From Ramazzottius varieornatus (Eukaryota > Animalia > Tardigrada): a stretch of DNA of 64,000 bases. The translations under genes were made by a program, and so were the position numbers. Position 1 is the stretch's first letter. Each line of letters begins with the position of its first letter. Under the pieces are notes generated by a model, which searched no databases, was not told where the DNA came from, and was given only the letters and a program-made list of their open reading frames with translations. Of the stretch, positions 1 to 13,800 are shown one piece after another. The stretch lies in contig BDGG01000004.1 of the NCBI GenBank assembly GCA_001949185.1, forward strand, positions 3,691,777 through 3,755,776, given 5' to 3'.

Positions 1-1556
1 TAGGACGATACGTTAGAAAACGATGTGAGAATCGCTGTTTTGCCTGATGAAAGGATCTACGAGGTCGCTGGGTTGAATCGACAGTAAACACTGCCAGATT
101 CATACGAATCGCTACCGACTGATGGTCAGCACACTTGTGGGCTAAGCTAGTCAGCTCACTCGCTAATGCAGGCTCGAGTTCTTTCTTGATTAGAAATTCG
201 AACGTCGTACCTGCAGGTAATCCTTTGAAGCCCAAACAGATGACGTAAATCTCCGAGTTACCTGGCTTGCTGGTCGACGGCTTATAGAAAACCACCTGCA
301 ATAACAGAAGACATACTTTTGGCAAGATCTGGCGAGATCCAAAAGGAAGGTATGTGCCTTAGAAAAGCAAATTCGTAACACTTGAACCAGCTGGCAAGTC
401 TTCTTTCGGAAGAACGTGAACATCTTAATGACGAAGTTCCCTCCAAGGTCTAACAGCGAAAGTGTCGTCCGTACTTCCGCCAGTTTCAGCTCACTCAAAC
501 TCAGCTCTTGATCTGCGGGATTATCACTACAGTCAATGCCACCGTCTGCTGTCACTAGGAGTACTTTCTTTCCGTGCGAGCGTGCCGCCTTTACTAATGA
601 AAGCTGGTTCTCCGGCAATCGGAGGTCTCCAATGTTGTCCGCACCAAAGTGCCAGTTCTTGAGCGTATGTTTGATAAGACGATCATCAGCAATGGCTTCT
701 TTGGAGTCACTCGCGTAAGGATTCAGACTGGATCCGAGCCACGACCATTCCTGATGTACGGTTGGTTTCCTGACTGCCAAGAAATGATTAAGTGCCGAAA
801 CGAAGGCGCCAGGAGCTTCACACAGGTGGACAGAGGTGGAACCGCCATGTGGGACGTCAGCTAGCTGGGAGAAGTCGTGAAGAATACTCCAGAATTTCAG
901 CCACGCGTTAGTACCTAACTCCACGTTTGGATCATTCTTTGTCGAGTATCTGCACAAAGAAAAGAAAACACTCCTGTTACCAGCACTGACTTGAACACGA
1001 GGCGACCAACATAAATCGGTCACCCTGCAGTTGCCATCGTGCATTGCACGAATTCGAGGTGACCGATTCATCTGTATTGCCAAACAAAGCCAACTACTTC
1101 CACTTACCTCAAAGCCGAGGCGAGATCGGTGTAATTCGTCAGACGGTACCAATCCTCAGGAGGCATTCCTCCGACGCGGGCCTTGACTGCATTCAGCTCT
1201 GTCTCCACTAGCTCCATCTCGCTACTAGCATATGGTTCCCGACATCCAGATGAGACGTCGATGTTCGCGGAAGAGATGTCCGAGACGAAGCTGTGCGAGG
1301 CATCCGATAAAGTATAAAGCCGTCCATCCAGATCTTCAATCTGCTTGTTAAGAGCCGCTGTCACAAGCTTGCTCTTCGATTCGCCAGACCAAAACTGCGG
1401 GCATAATGGATGCCGTATTCGGTCAGGTGTGCCGTGGCGCTTCCGAGGTGATCCATGTCTTCCCCTCTGATGAGCTTTCTTCCTCCGCCGTCCTGGCGCA
1501 TTTGCTGCACTATCCGCAATTTTTTCCGATATCAATTCCTGTTCCATAATGTCCAT
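1..1556 (-). CDS. CMTR2: Cap-specific mRNA (nucleoside-2'-O-)-methyltransferase 2 (FtsJ-type), multi-exon, 3' end runs off the window
   Basis: Spliced ORFs 1104-1556 and ~190-950 give ELGTNAWLKFWSIL, HLCEAPGAF, SSLNPY, LVTADGGIDC and FVIKMFT. A downstream exon gives KPSTSKPGNSEIYVICLGF. Together these form the K-D-K-E FtsJ tetrad typical of CMTR2/Adrift. Confidence 0.9.
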
Positions 1557-1947
1557 ATGCGCAAATCAGGAGGAATCTCAGTGGTTGTTGATTTACTGAG
1601 ACTTGAGTTTAGGAATGGCTGTCACTTGCGGTAATATCATAGCCAACATTACTACACGCCGTGTCATGTCATATCCCTCTTTTAGTAGGTCACCAGCGCA
1701 TAACACGTCCGTGGATCGTGGCACATCGTGGTCCGCCGCTGTTTCGTACAGAGCTCGACAATTTCCAGCAGAAAGGACTTTCTATGATATCACAATAAAT
1801 CAAACCGAACAACATTAAACTTTCAGGATATCAGCATGATAAGAATCGGATACAATCGCTAATTTATAGTGCAAACGTCACCGTAGAGCCCAACAAAAAT
1901 ATACAACTACACGCTGTGGAAAAACTCACACTGGCTTGTTGTGGGTT

Positions 1948-2401
1948 TTAATCGCGCTGCTCAAAACCCGAAAACGTCTTCTTATCAATCGAAATTTCAT
2001 TCTTGAAATCGCATTTTTCAATACGGCTTTGCGGACTTCCGGTTTTACAGAGCCACTGTTTCATGGCTGCTACGGCCTTAGCATCTCCTTGCAGCTGTCC
2101 GGATACTGTTCCTGCCTCGGTATTTCTGACCCAACCGGTTAGTCCAAGTGCCCTGGCTTTGTCCTTGGTGTGTTTCCGGAAGAACACTCCCTGTACTCTT
2201 CCATGTACCTGCAAAACAGTTGTCAGTTTCATGGTAAATCAATGCGACGACAGAACCGCTTACTTCAAAATCGACAGCGGTCAAACCTCCGCCGCTTCCA
2301 GATCTGTAAAAAAATGTCGTGCTAGTTTCAATTTCATATCATTTACAAGGCAGCGTGTACTTGTTCTTAGCAGAAGACTTATTGGCATCACCGCCGTCCA
2401 T
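1948..2401 (-). CDS. Acylphosphatase (ACYP family), at least 2 introns (~2209-2263, ~2304-2360); start uncertain
   Basis: Spliced reading MDGGDANKSSAKNK|SGSGGGLTAVDFE|VHGRVQGVFFRKHT...GLTGWVRNT...GSPQSRIE contains the acylphosphatase signatures V.G.VQGV.FR and GWVRN. Confidence 0.9.
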
Positions 2402-3692
2402 CGTGAGTCTGTCGTTCGCGGGTTGGGAAGAGAAAGATTCGCGACGAACCGGACCCTGTGCTTCTCCTGGTTTGCTCAGAAACCCGGCAGTCAAAAATGA
2501 AGTGGTCGAAACCTGCAACAAAATACAGAATACCCAAAATGTCAGTTCAAATGCAATAAAACTATGCCTCCATGATTTCGTAGTCGCAAGAAAACTAATT
2601 ATGTTATGCCTAACGAGCGTGACAACTTTTTAAAATTACTTCTGTCCGCGTACCAAACTCGCAGTGTTTTCATCATGGACGAAGACCACCACAACGAGCA
2701 GAAGAAGAGCCGTAGCCGCATACACAAGAACTCCAAACGTCACAGCGTTGCATTTGATGCCCGCTTCTGCTTCCGAATATCTAGAGGACTCACTTTCATC
2801 TTGAGGACGTGTAATTACCAATTTACCAGTTACACAGCTTGATCACCCGTAATTAGCTATAGTTCGCTATATCGCGCGATGTCGGACTTCCATCGGCGGA
2901 AGTGTTACTGGATTAGCCCCATCTTTTTACCTCCAAAAAGCACTCACCAAAAATTCAACTGAGCGGAAAATGGCACGATCGGCATGTCAGCATTTACTAC
3001 TTTGCGCTAAGCGGGCAACATTTTGCGTTCGCACCGTACATACCATTCCTGATTGTCCTATCAAATTTCGTCCCACTAGCCGACGTCCTCCAGGCAAACC
3101 TCCTTGTTTCAACGATACGTAAACCTGTTGCTCCACAAGCATCATGACCAGCGGTTTCATACCTGTTTGGAAAGGAAGGAGAAATACGGAGACGAAGTTT
3201 GGGGAAGGTGTCGCTGCAGGAGGTGCACACAGCAAATTCGACAAATGCTCCTAAGCATTACTTCAGCGACGCATCGTCATCCAAATCTTACTCAGGACGA
3301 ACAAACGGGCAGGTCTCGAAAGGTAAGAGGTACCTCGTACTCCTGCGATTCCCAGTGGATCCAAGGAAAATGTCTAGATCTCTGGCAAGGGGCAAGTGAA
3401 CTGCCAAAATACTGCAATGCTCCGATGTTCGAAATTCGAATCGCGATTCGCGAAGATTCAAAACAACAACAATCGGTTGGCCATGTCATACAGGTCCATC
3501 ATACATAACACTATGTATGACATACAGCGTACATCGGCGTACCTTCGGCCTCCAAGCACTTCCAGGGACAGTGTTATCGAGAGTCGTTATTCTCACATTC
3601 GAGCAGGCGAGGTTTCCACTCCCATGGCTATCATGCCTACAGGTTAAGTGAAGCGTGTAGTGGCTGGAATGATATAAGTTACAGAAAGTTAA

Positions 3693-5646
3693 CTAGTTCT
3701 GGCCAATGTAGTCGACATTCGGAACTCGAGCGGGAATAAGGGCATAACCGCTGAGCTGTCCGTAGTCCACTCGTTCGACCAGCATCGGGAGCACTTGGTT
3801 TTTCCGCTTTTCTAGGCAAAGAAAAAGCTGGGACACATCAACTGTATGATCTCGATAGTTTGTTATGGCGATGTCGAACAACGGTGGCGTCCAGTCCGCA
3901 CTCTTCAGACAGCCATAGAACGCCAAGTCAATGCCGTTCGATCCACGGACCTGGACACGCCTATGGCAAGTATTTCGCAGATCACGAGTCCCTTTAGAGT
4001 TATCGAGGGACTGAATGTTCCTGTCGTTATGCTGACTAGGCGCTCCCGGCGTGCCGCTAGATTCTACAGTATTGAGAAGAGACTTGATCCTTTCAGCACT
4101 GTCAGCATCGTCTTGAAGAGGCGGCAAGGTCAGAAGGTCTCGAGGTTTGTCCGGGCCTTCGGAGAAGAAACCCCGGAGTTCCTGGTCCATCTCTGCGCCC
4201 CGGGACAGCCCGGAGGGTTGCTGGACGGATTGCGGTGTGTACTTGAATCGCTTCTGATGATATCGTTGCGGCTGAAATGTCAGAGCGGGGATATCTAGCT
4301 TCACAAAGTCCAACTTGGCTTCTTCGGAGTAAGTTCTGAACGCGAACCTTGTAATGCGATGAAGTTCCTGAAAAGCGTACCGCCGAATTATATGTTCTAT
4401 TAAAAATTTTCAGTCTTCGTTTTCCGTTTTTTACGGTTCAGCTTCAGTCTTTTATGAAATGAATTGGTGGCTTACCGAGAACACCAAGTATCGGTTTGTG
4501 AATCGCCAAACGTTTGCCTCCTGAATAGCGCGAAAATCTTCGATGCCCAGTAGACACTGAGAAGCTGTGACTTGCATCGTACCCTGCAAAAAAAGTTAAT
4601 GCGTTGTTCTACATTTTACTGTACAAAGACGAAGGGGCAAAGTAGCCCATTACGAAGTTCCTATGCTGAGACTTACACAGTCCGCGAGGAACATTGCTTC
4701 GTACGGATTCAGCTTCCGCATTAGATTGTGAGAATCCATTCCAGCCCCAGAAAACGTTGTGCCGAAGTATTTGCCGAAACTACCCAGCGATGTATGCACT
4801 GACAACGCCCTGCCATTCTGCCAGTTGAGGTCTGCTGTTATCGGAACTGCGACCTGGTCCTTAAGTTCCGACCTATCAGAGCAAGATACACATACAAAGG
4901 TTGAAGTAGCTTTTCAATTGCAACAGTTTTACTTTCCATGGAGATGTTTTCACTTACCTCCACAGCTCCAGATATCGTGGACAATTGTATGCTTGACGTA
5001 AGCGACTGTAAAGGCGGATCCTCTTCTCCTGATCGGCGAGTATGTGAGATCCAATTTTCTGCCCAGCGCGAGGCAGATGCTCGAACTCTTCGTTGTAGTC
5101 ATGTTTGAGCAGCTTGAACATATGAGCACCGCTAGAAAAGCAATAGATTACTAACTGATGGAGCGAAACTTTGCTACTTACATCGAACGAACCTGACGTG
5201 ATCACTTACTGTGTCAGATTTCCTGGAAGTTTCGGAAGCGAATAGGTATCTCCCACTCTCACACACCGCTTTCAGAATGGGAAGTACTTGTCGGTCTGGA
5301 TTCTAGCCACAACGGTATTTCCATCGTTCAGCTGCAGTGTTTCGCTCACGGTAAAACCTTTGAGGAAAAGTCTGTCCTCTTCTCTTAGCCGCTCTACATT
5401 CCCATCCTCCGCCACTTCCGCCTGCGAGGCGGGATCTGGATCCTTGTCAGTCAGCTGGGTCACTTCCAGCACGACTGCTTCATCTTCCCCACGATCATCT
5501 GCAGCAAAAACAGCGTAGTGCTAGTCATACATCAACAGGCTGCATCTTCAAGTTTCATATCCACCGACCAGACGGAAGTACTGTGAAAGTTAAAGCTGCA
5601 ACAGGTTGTAGACTTCCGGCGTTACTGTCTTACCTTCTGAATCCAT
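3693..5646 (-). CDS. TSEN54: tRNA-splicing endonuclease subunit Sen54-like, ~7 exons
   Basis: Assembled exons give LNWQNG...GSFGKYFG...RKLNPYEAMFLADCGTM (Sen54_N 'L.PEEALYL.E.G') and YLVFSELHRITRFAFR ('Y.VYS.LKR.GY'). The C-terminus LAFY..KSADWTPPLFDIAI...PMLVERVDYGQLSGYAL also matches Sen54. Splice phases are consistent. Confidence 0.75.
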
Positions 5647-6162
5647 CGTACAGGGGTCAGGGGAATCGAAATGTGAGTCTCATGGTACGTCCAACTCGAA
5701 ATCCGTAATGAGATTTCGCTCCCCGTGCTCGAATACGGCCGTACGGGAAAATATGAAGCTAGACCTTCCGCCCAGATTCCAGACAATCCAGGTTTCCAAC
5801 TTTACCTGGCAAAGTTTCCACTATGTCCCCGCCCTGTTGGGCGAAGCGGTATGTAGTGGATGTTATGTCATTTCGCCGTTTCGCTCAAAGAGACGCCCGT
5901 TAAATCAAAAATCAGCCCTTTGCAGAATCACGGACCAGAAGTCGCCAGATGGGATTCCGAAAATAATTCCGTTTTCTTGGACTTGGACTTTAAGTCTGTG
6001 TCCGCTGTTTGTCTAGACAATCCCTAAGGTATCCTGATGCACGACTGTATTCTTTCAGGTGGAAGGTTGGTGCCTGCATCCGCCCTGGGAGCTTGTTGGT
6101 CACTGGGAGTGGGCTCGTGAAAGAGACCAGCACCAACATCCGCAGTCATCTGAATTTTAGGA

Positions 6163-8268
<2,106 letters not shown>

Positions 8269-9502
8269 TAGGTTGGTTATAACCTGGTGTTTTCTCGGTT
8301 GGAAAGTACTGCGTGATTTTCCTGCCCGTTTGATCCGAAATCTTTTATTTTGTCGATCTTGGACAACCTTCCATGGTTTGAAATTACCGCTTTGTGGTGA
8401 TGTTTTCGCTTTGCTTTGCGTTACATGAGGACGCCCTTCTTTGTTTTCTTATACTTTTAGTGGAGGTCAGTTCGGATATCTGCTGCCTTGAATCCCGTTC
8501 GAGTTGTGATAGTAACTCATGCTATTCGTCCCCTTGGGCAGATCGGTGAAAGTAAAACTAATGCGATGTGGCCGATCCGCTACTGCAGTATTACTCTCTT
8601 TCTGAAAATTGGTAGGCTGTAGTTGAAATTTATACAGAGTACTTTGTGGCGAGAAACGTCATTGTGGCGCACTGTCGAGGCTGCTGATTTCGTAGATTTT
8701 ATAGCGTGGAACAAATGAGTTACAGAGGTGCGCCGGCTTTCCTGTTAGCAGATTTCCCGTAACAAAAAACATCGATATGCGTCACACCTAATGCGCTAAC
8801 CGCACCCTGGCTTTCTAGAATCTACAAACAATCCAGAATTTTTCAGTTCGCAACCTTTGGTATAAGGCTATAAGCGTTCTAAATAAGTAATACGAAGTGA
8901 GCAGGAAACCGATCGCACATCGGCAAACAGAATATTTAATCTTGTTGTAAAACAGTTATGCCACTCTGTTTTCACTGAACAGGTACCTTTCTTAACGTTA
9001 AGGTCATTGAGAAACACCAAAAATGCATGAAACGTGTAGTGGCTGCGCAGGTGTACATGTGAGGCGAAAAGGTGAATCATAACTCTACAATGGTCAGGTG
9101 GCCACGCCCTGTCATGCAGGTATGTCATCCGTCATCGAAACCTGACGTCGTGTTCAGGTGTTCCGCAGTGTTAATTTGCCTTTCTTATCTTACGAGTCGC
9201 CACAATTCTGATAAGTAAACAAGCCATCGTGGAGCGTTCATGATAATTCTCCGTCTGAGGAATTCATAACTTAGGGACGTGCTAGACCTTTCTGAAAGAC
9301 CTGTGCCGTTGTGATCACTGATCAGGTACGGCACCATTCAACTTGTAAAGCCTTGATCTACGCTGGAGCTTACCTGGATATTTTCAGTGTTTACGCCTCA
9401 GTCAGCTGCGTGGTGTTGCGAATCATCGGGGCTTCCGTGACGCTCCAGCCAGACCTCCTTGAAATCTGGACTATTGCCATCTAGGAATTCAAGCGCTGCA
9501 CT

Positions 9503-10395
9503 ATGACCATCTTCCTGGAGAACACGTTTGGGGATACGGCGGTACTGAAGACTTATCGAAATCCCGCATGGATATACAGTCACATCACAATCTTCTGTCG
9601 TGTTCTCGGGCCTCTTGTCATGGTATGATCCCTTAAGTTGTTTGCCGACGCTGGTTTATGGCTGTAATGCTCTATGTTTCAACAGGTTGCGATGTGGGCT
9701 CTTGCCGTCACCGCTTTCACCTTGATCTACGCCGCGAGCGGAATTTTCTTACTGTAAGAAATGCTAGAATATTTGTGCTTGAGGCTATCGGCTCGAAGGT
9801 TTCTTCCTCTTTCCAGGTTTGTCGCCATACTCCTGGTTTTCCAAGAATTTTCATGGCTGTTCGGTCGAATCCAAGCAGTGAAAAGGGATAACTGGATGGG
9901 AAATTGTTGGCGAGCCTTCGTCTGGTTCGACAGCTGGAAACGATCTCTGGAATACTTCGTATTTGCTATCGTCGCATTCGTCATCGGCGGATTTTCCACA
10001 TGGCCTCTATTCGTAGGGGGTAAGTTAGACATGAAACGAATATACCAGCACAGTAAGTTCACAGAGATTTCACATGTACAGAGCTTTACTTTCCAAGGTA
10101 TTTTTTGCTCGATCCTCTTACATGAGCTTGTTATTATTATTGCAGGTGGGCTATTGTTGATCCTCGCTATTGCTTACCTGCTGAAAGCACGAAGATTCAC
10201 GTGAGTGGGCTACTCTCTTGATGCGTATTCCCAAATCGAAAATCGATTTTTGTTTGCAGGAAAATCGAGCCGCTGAAGAATCCGGCCGTGGAAAGTTTAC
10301 CCGGCACCAATCCTTTCACCGGAAGTCTTCCGGGTAACTCTTATACCTCTCCACGATCCGACATTGAGTGGGGCTCACCGGCATCTAAGTACTGA
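9503..10395 (+). CDS. TMEM72-like four-helix membrane protein, 5 exons
   Basis: Spliced product MTIFLENT...WIYSHITIFCRVLGPLVM|VAMWALAV...SGIFLL|FVAILLVFQEFSWLF...FVWFDSWKRSLEYF...|GGLLLILAIAYLLKARRF|...SKY*. Hydrophobic pattern and CR.LG / W.D.WK / G.LL....AY motifs resemble TMEM72. Confidence 0.6.
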
Positions 10396-10883
10396 ATCTC
10401 AAACCGTAGTAATATTTTCTTTTCTTCATAAGTATTTTCGGTACGGTTTCCGTTTTCTATTTTACATTCTAAATTCCTGATAGATAACGTTCTAGTTGAT
10501 TTTTCCCGATGGTCGCAAATTAGCCTTGTGATGAGTAACTGAGGCAAGGCAGCTGAATCGGCTGTTTTTTTACGCCCGTGCGGGCCGTTCCTGTGATACG
10601 AAAGCTCGTCCATTCAACGTTACTGTACTTGTGCAAGTAGTCTAACTGGTATTTCTTCCACGGAGTGAACCGCAACGTACATTCGGGTATTAAAGATACT
10701 TGGTTTGGCTCGAAAAATTAATCTGATAAACGTAAATTTATCACCGGTATATCGACGGAAACGGAAGAGACATAAAACCAAAGCGAAAACTCGTGGAAAA
10801 AAGCTCAAAAGGATTATTTGCATTGATGTGCAAAATTAGCCAGTTTCTTCGTAAAATCACAGTAAGCACCCCTAAGGCTCCGA

Positions 10884-13800
10884 CTATCTAGACACTTCGA
10901 GGTACAAAGGGATCTGTTGGTCAAACTGGAAATAAGAATCGGACATCAGGTAAAAGTATAAAATTATCCGTTTAGGCTCGGAGGGCATCTCAATGAGCAA
11001 AGCGGTATTCAGTGAGCGACCGATGAATCCTACACGCTTCATCGCCAGCAACTCAGCGGTTTCTGGTTCGCCCACAACCATCCACCAGCTTTCGTCCTTC
11101 GGTTTAGGGAAACGGGATGTCGCTGTCCGCTTTCCAGGCTGAAAGTGATACTCGGGTCAGCACGATATACGCCAATGTTATACAGGTCAAAAGATCAACA
11201 AGCGATGATGTACCGTTGCACGACGCACGAGTCTTTCGACGGCCACGTTTACAGCATACGTAATGCCGCACTTCACCGGCAGGAACTCCCGGCGGGTTGG
11301 ATTAATCTTCAGAGATGGCATCTCGCCTGGTTGTGACGAGTCATTTTCGCCATCTTGCGTCAGATTCAAGGACAATCGTAACAGCGGTAAGTTCTGAATG
11401 GCTTCGATGATCTAAAGTACGAACAGAGACTTGCCTCATCGACAGCTTTAGCTTTTAGGGCAAATTCGATCACTACCTTGACTTCGGCGTTCTTCCCGGC
11501 TTCACAGATGGACTTTAGCTGTTGCTGTAAACGGTTCCGGTTCTGTACTGAAGACACAACCTGGTGAGCCAGCTCGGGAAGACTTGGTGCCCATTTCCTG
11601 CAACGAAAAAAGTACATCTTCATAGGTCGCTGTCATCAGCCTCGATGTATGACAGCCGGCTTATACCTCAACGCCTGAACCACCAAACTATCCGCGAAAG
11701 GCAAAGTGAACAAAGGATCAGCACCAATCCATTGTCCTTGGACCAGCATCTGAGACAGCTGCATGATGCGGAGTGTAGTGGCGAGAAATCCGTTCTGAGC
11801 CGAAACGTCGATCATGGCCTAAGACACAACTCGGTATGAAAGTATGAAACTTTTGTGGTCCTTCTTTTCCGTCGCAATCTAAAGAACCTGCAAAAGACCC
11901 ACCTGAACGACACGCATGACTTGGTCAGTTACAGTTTTCAGATCTGTCGCGTAGTCAACATGTGGCATGGGAATGCGATTGCGCGAGAAGTACACTTGTA
12001 GCAGGAGAAAGACTTTGGCGTGAGGATCGTCAAGTCGTGATGTCTCCACAGGCAGCGGAACCACTTTGGACAGCAGCCTAGTGGGGAGAAGAAGATAGCC
12101 TATTTAGACACACAAAATAATTCGTCCACACGACTCCCCACTTACCCATTCTCGGCGTCTTCGTTGTGGCGAACCGGCATCTGGTCGAACTCTCTGACAT
12201 CACACAACAAAGCCAACAACTCGGACAGTTTGGATGTCGGAGTTAGACGCTCGTTCATCAGTCTCATGGAACCATGTTTCAGGTAGTAGTACGACGAGAT
12301 GGTTCCGAGGTACGTCGGCATGATGAGATACTCGGATTGCTGTAAACATAAACGTCCCAGCAATCGGAAAACTTCAGACGAGTTCGATTGGGAGGACTTA
12401 CCTCTGCTTTCTTGCCCCCGGATTCGAAGTACTCGATGCAGCCAGAGTTAGCCAGGTCGACCATGCTGTTCTCCACCAGTTTGCGAAGGTATTTTTGCAC
12501 GTCAGCGACTTCGATAGGCTCTTCTTCTTTCGTCTCCTCTTCCTTGATGGCATCCGGAAGTCGTACGGAATAGTAACTGAAACGGATGCAGTACAGTACC
12601 GAGAATGAATTTTGTGACTCAGATAGTCACAGATGAAAAGTAACGGAAATTGTGAGATAGCAAAGGACTAGAAGATAGCAATAGCTATCGCTTACTCTGG
12701 GTTGGCCAGGAGACGTCGATAGAAGTACGTCCACGTCAGGTACTCCATGACTGTCTTCGTGTTAATCAGCGTTCCAGCCACGATCTCCGCATTCAGGTGG
12801 TCAGACAGCACATCCTGTAACTGGCTCTCGACTGGCAAGGGATTGTGCATGAACTTCATGTAGTAGTTCTTCAGAGGCTCGTGACAGAGAATGACAGCGA
12901 CACCTTCGTTGTCGAACTGCGGACGACCGGCGCGACCCGCCATTTGCAGGACATCTACCAAAACCAAAATCAACCATGGAAAATCATTCGACAGAGCTGC
13001 TAAAGCCATCATACTGCACTTGAGGTCTAGGCGGTAAGGCGATTTAGTTTCACTGCCTACCTGTCAACGGGTACTTTACGTATTGCTTGGTTTTCCCGTC
13101 GTAGTACTCTGTTCCCTTTATCACGACCAGATGCGCCGGGAAGTTGACACCCCAGGCAAGAGTTGCAGTGGCAATCAACACCTACTCAGATAGAACCGGT
13201 TAGACATATATTAATATCATTAAAAACTGAAGCTGGAGAAGTGAGTTGGCATACCAGGATCTTCCCGGTAAGGAACAGATGTTCCACTGTCGTACGATCC
13301 CGTTCGTGCAACCCGGCGTGATGGATACCGATGCCGTAACTGATGAGTTGCTTCAAATCATTGTCCTTCAAGCCGGAAGTAACTTGCTCCAGCTCGTCAT
13401 CTCTCATTTTCATCCATTTATGGCCACCCTCCTCCATAGCCGCAAAGCTCAGCAGCGCAAAGCCGGTCAGACGAGTCTGTCGTCTAGACGAAACGAAAAC
13501 TAGGACTGGTTTCCCATCAGCGTGCGTCTGTATAGCTGCGAAAATTTAAAACAATTACTTCCAAGAGCCCACCATCTATCTTAATGAGCGAAATTCGTAC
13601 CTTGATATGCCGGCTTGTTCATCGTAGCCATGCGAGGACAGTAATGCTTGCCAGGGTACCCGGATATATGCTGAACCAAGGGAACAGGTCGCACCGCCGA
13701 ACTGAAGTTGAACAGGCCCGCTGGTCGAATGCCCAACCAGTTCGCCACATCATCCGCACTGGCCAAAGCGGTGGACAATCCAACGATGCGAACATGCTGC

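Noticed and set aside
1948-2232. Apparently intronless acylphosphatase, suggesting horizontal transfer
   Set aside because: The conserved N-terminal strand (LTAVDFE) is on an upstream exon, so the gene is spliced and eukaryote-like.
2900-3690. Short ORFs between acylphosphatase and TSEN54
   Set aside because: No recognisable domain or consistent exon chain; probably UTR or promoter.
5272-5274. In-frame TGA in an apparent TSEN54 exon (selenocysteine, readthrough or pseudogene?)
   Set aside because: An 81-nt phase-0 intron (GTGAGC...TACTTCCCATTCTGAAAG, 5349-5269) removes the stop and keeps the frame, which is a simpler explanation.
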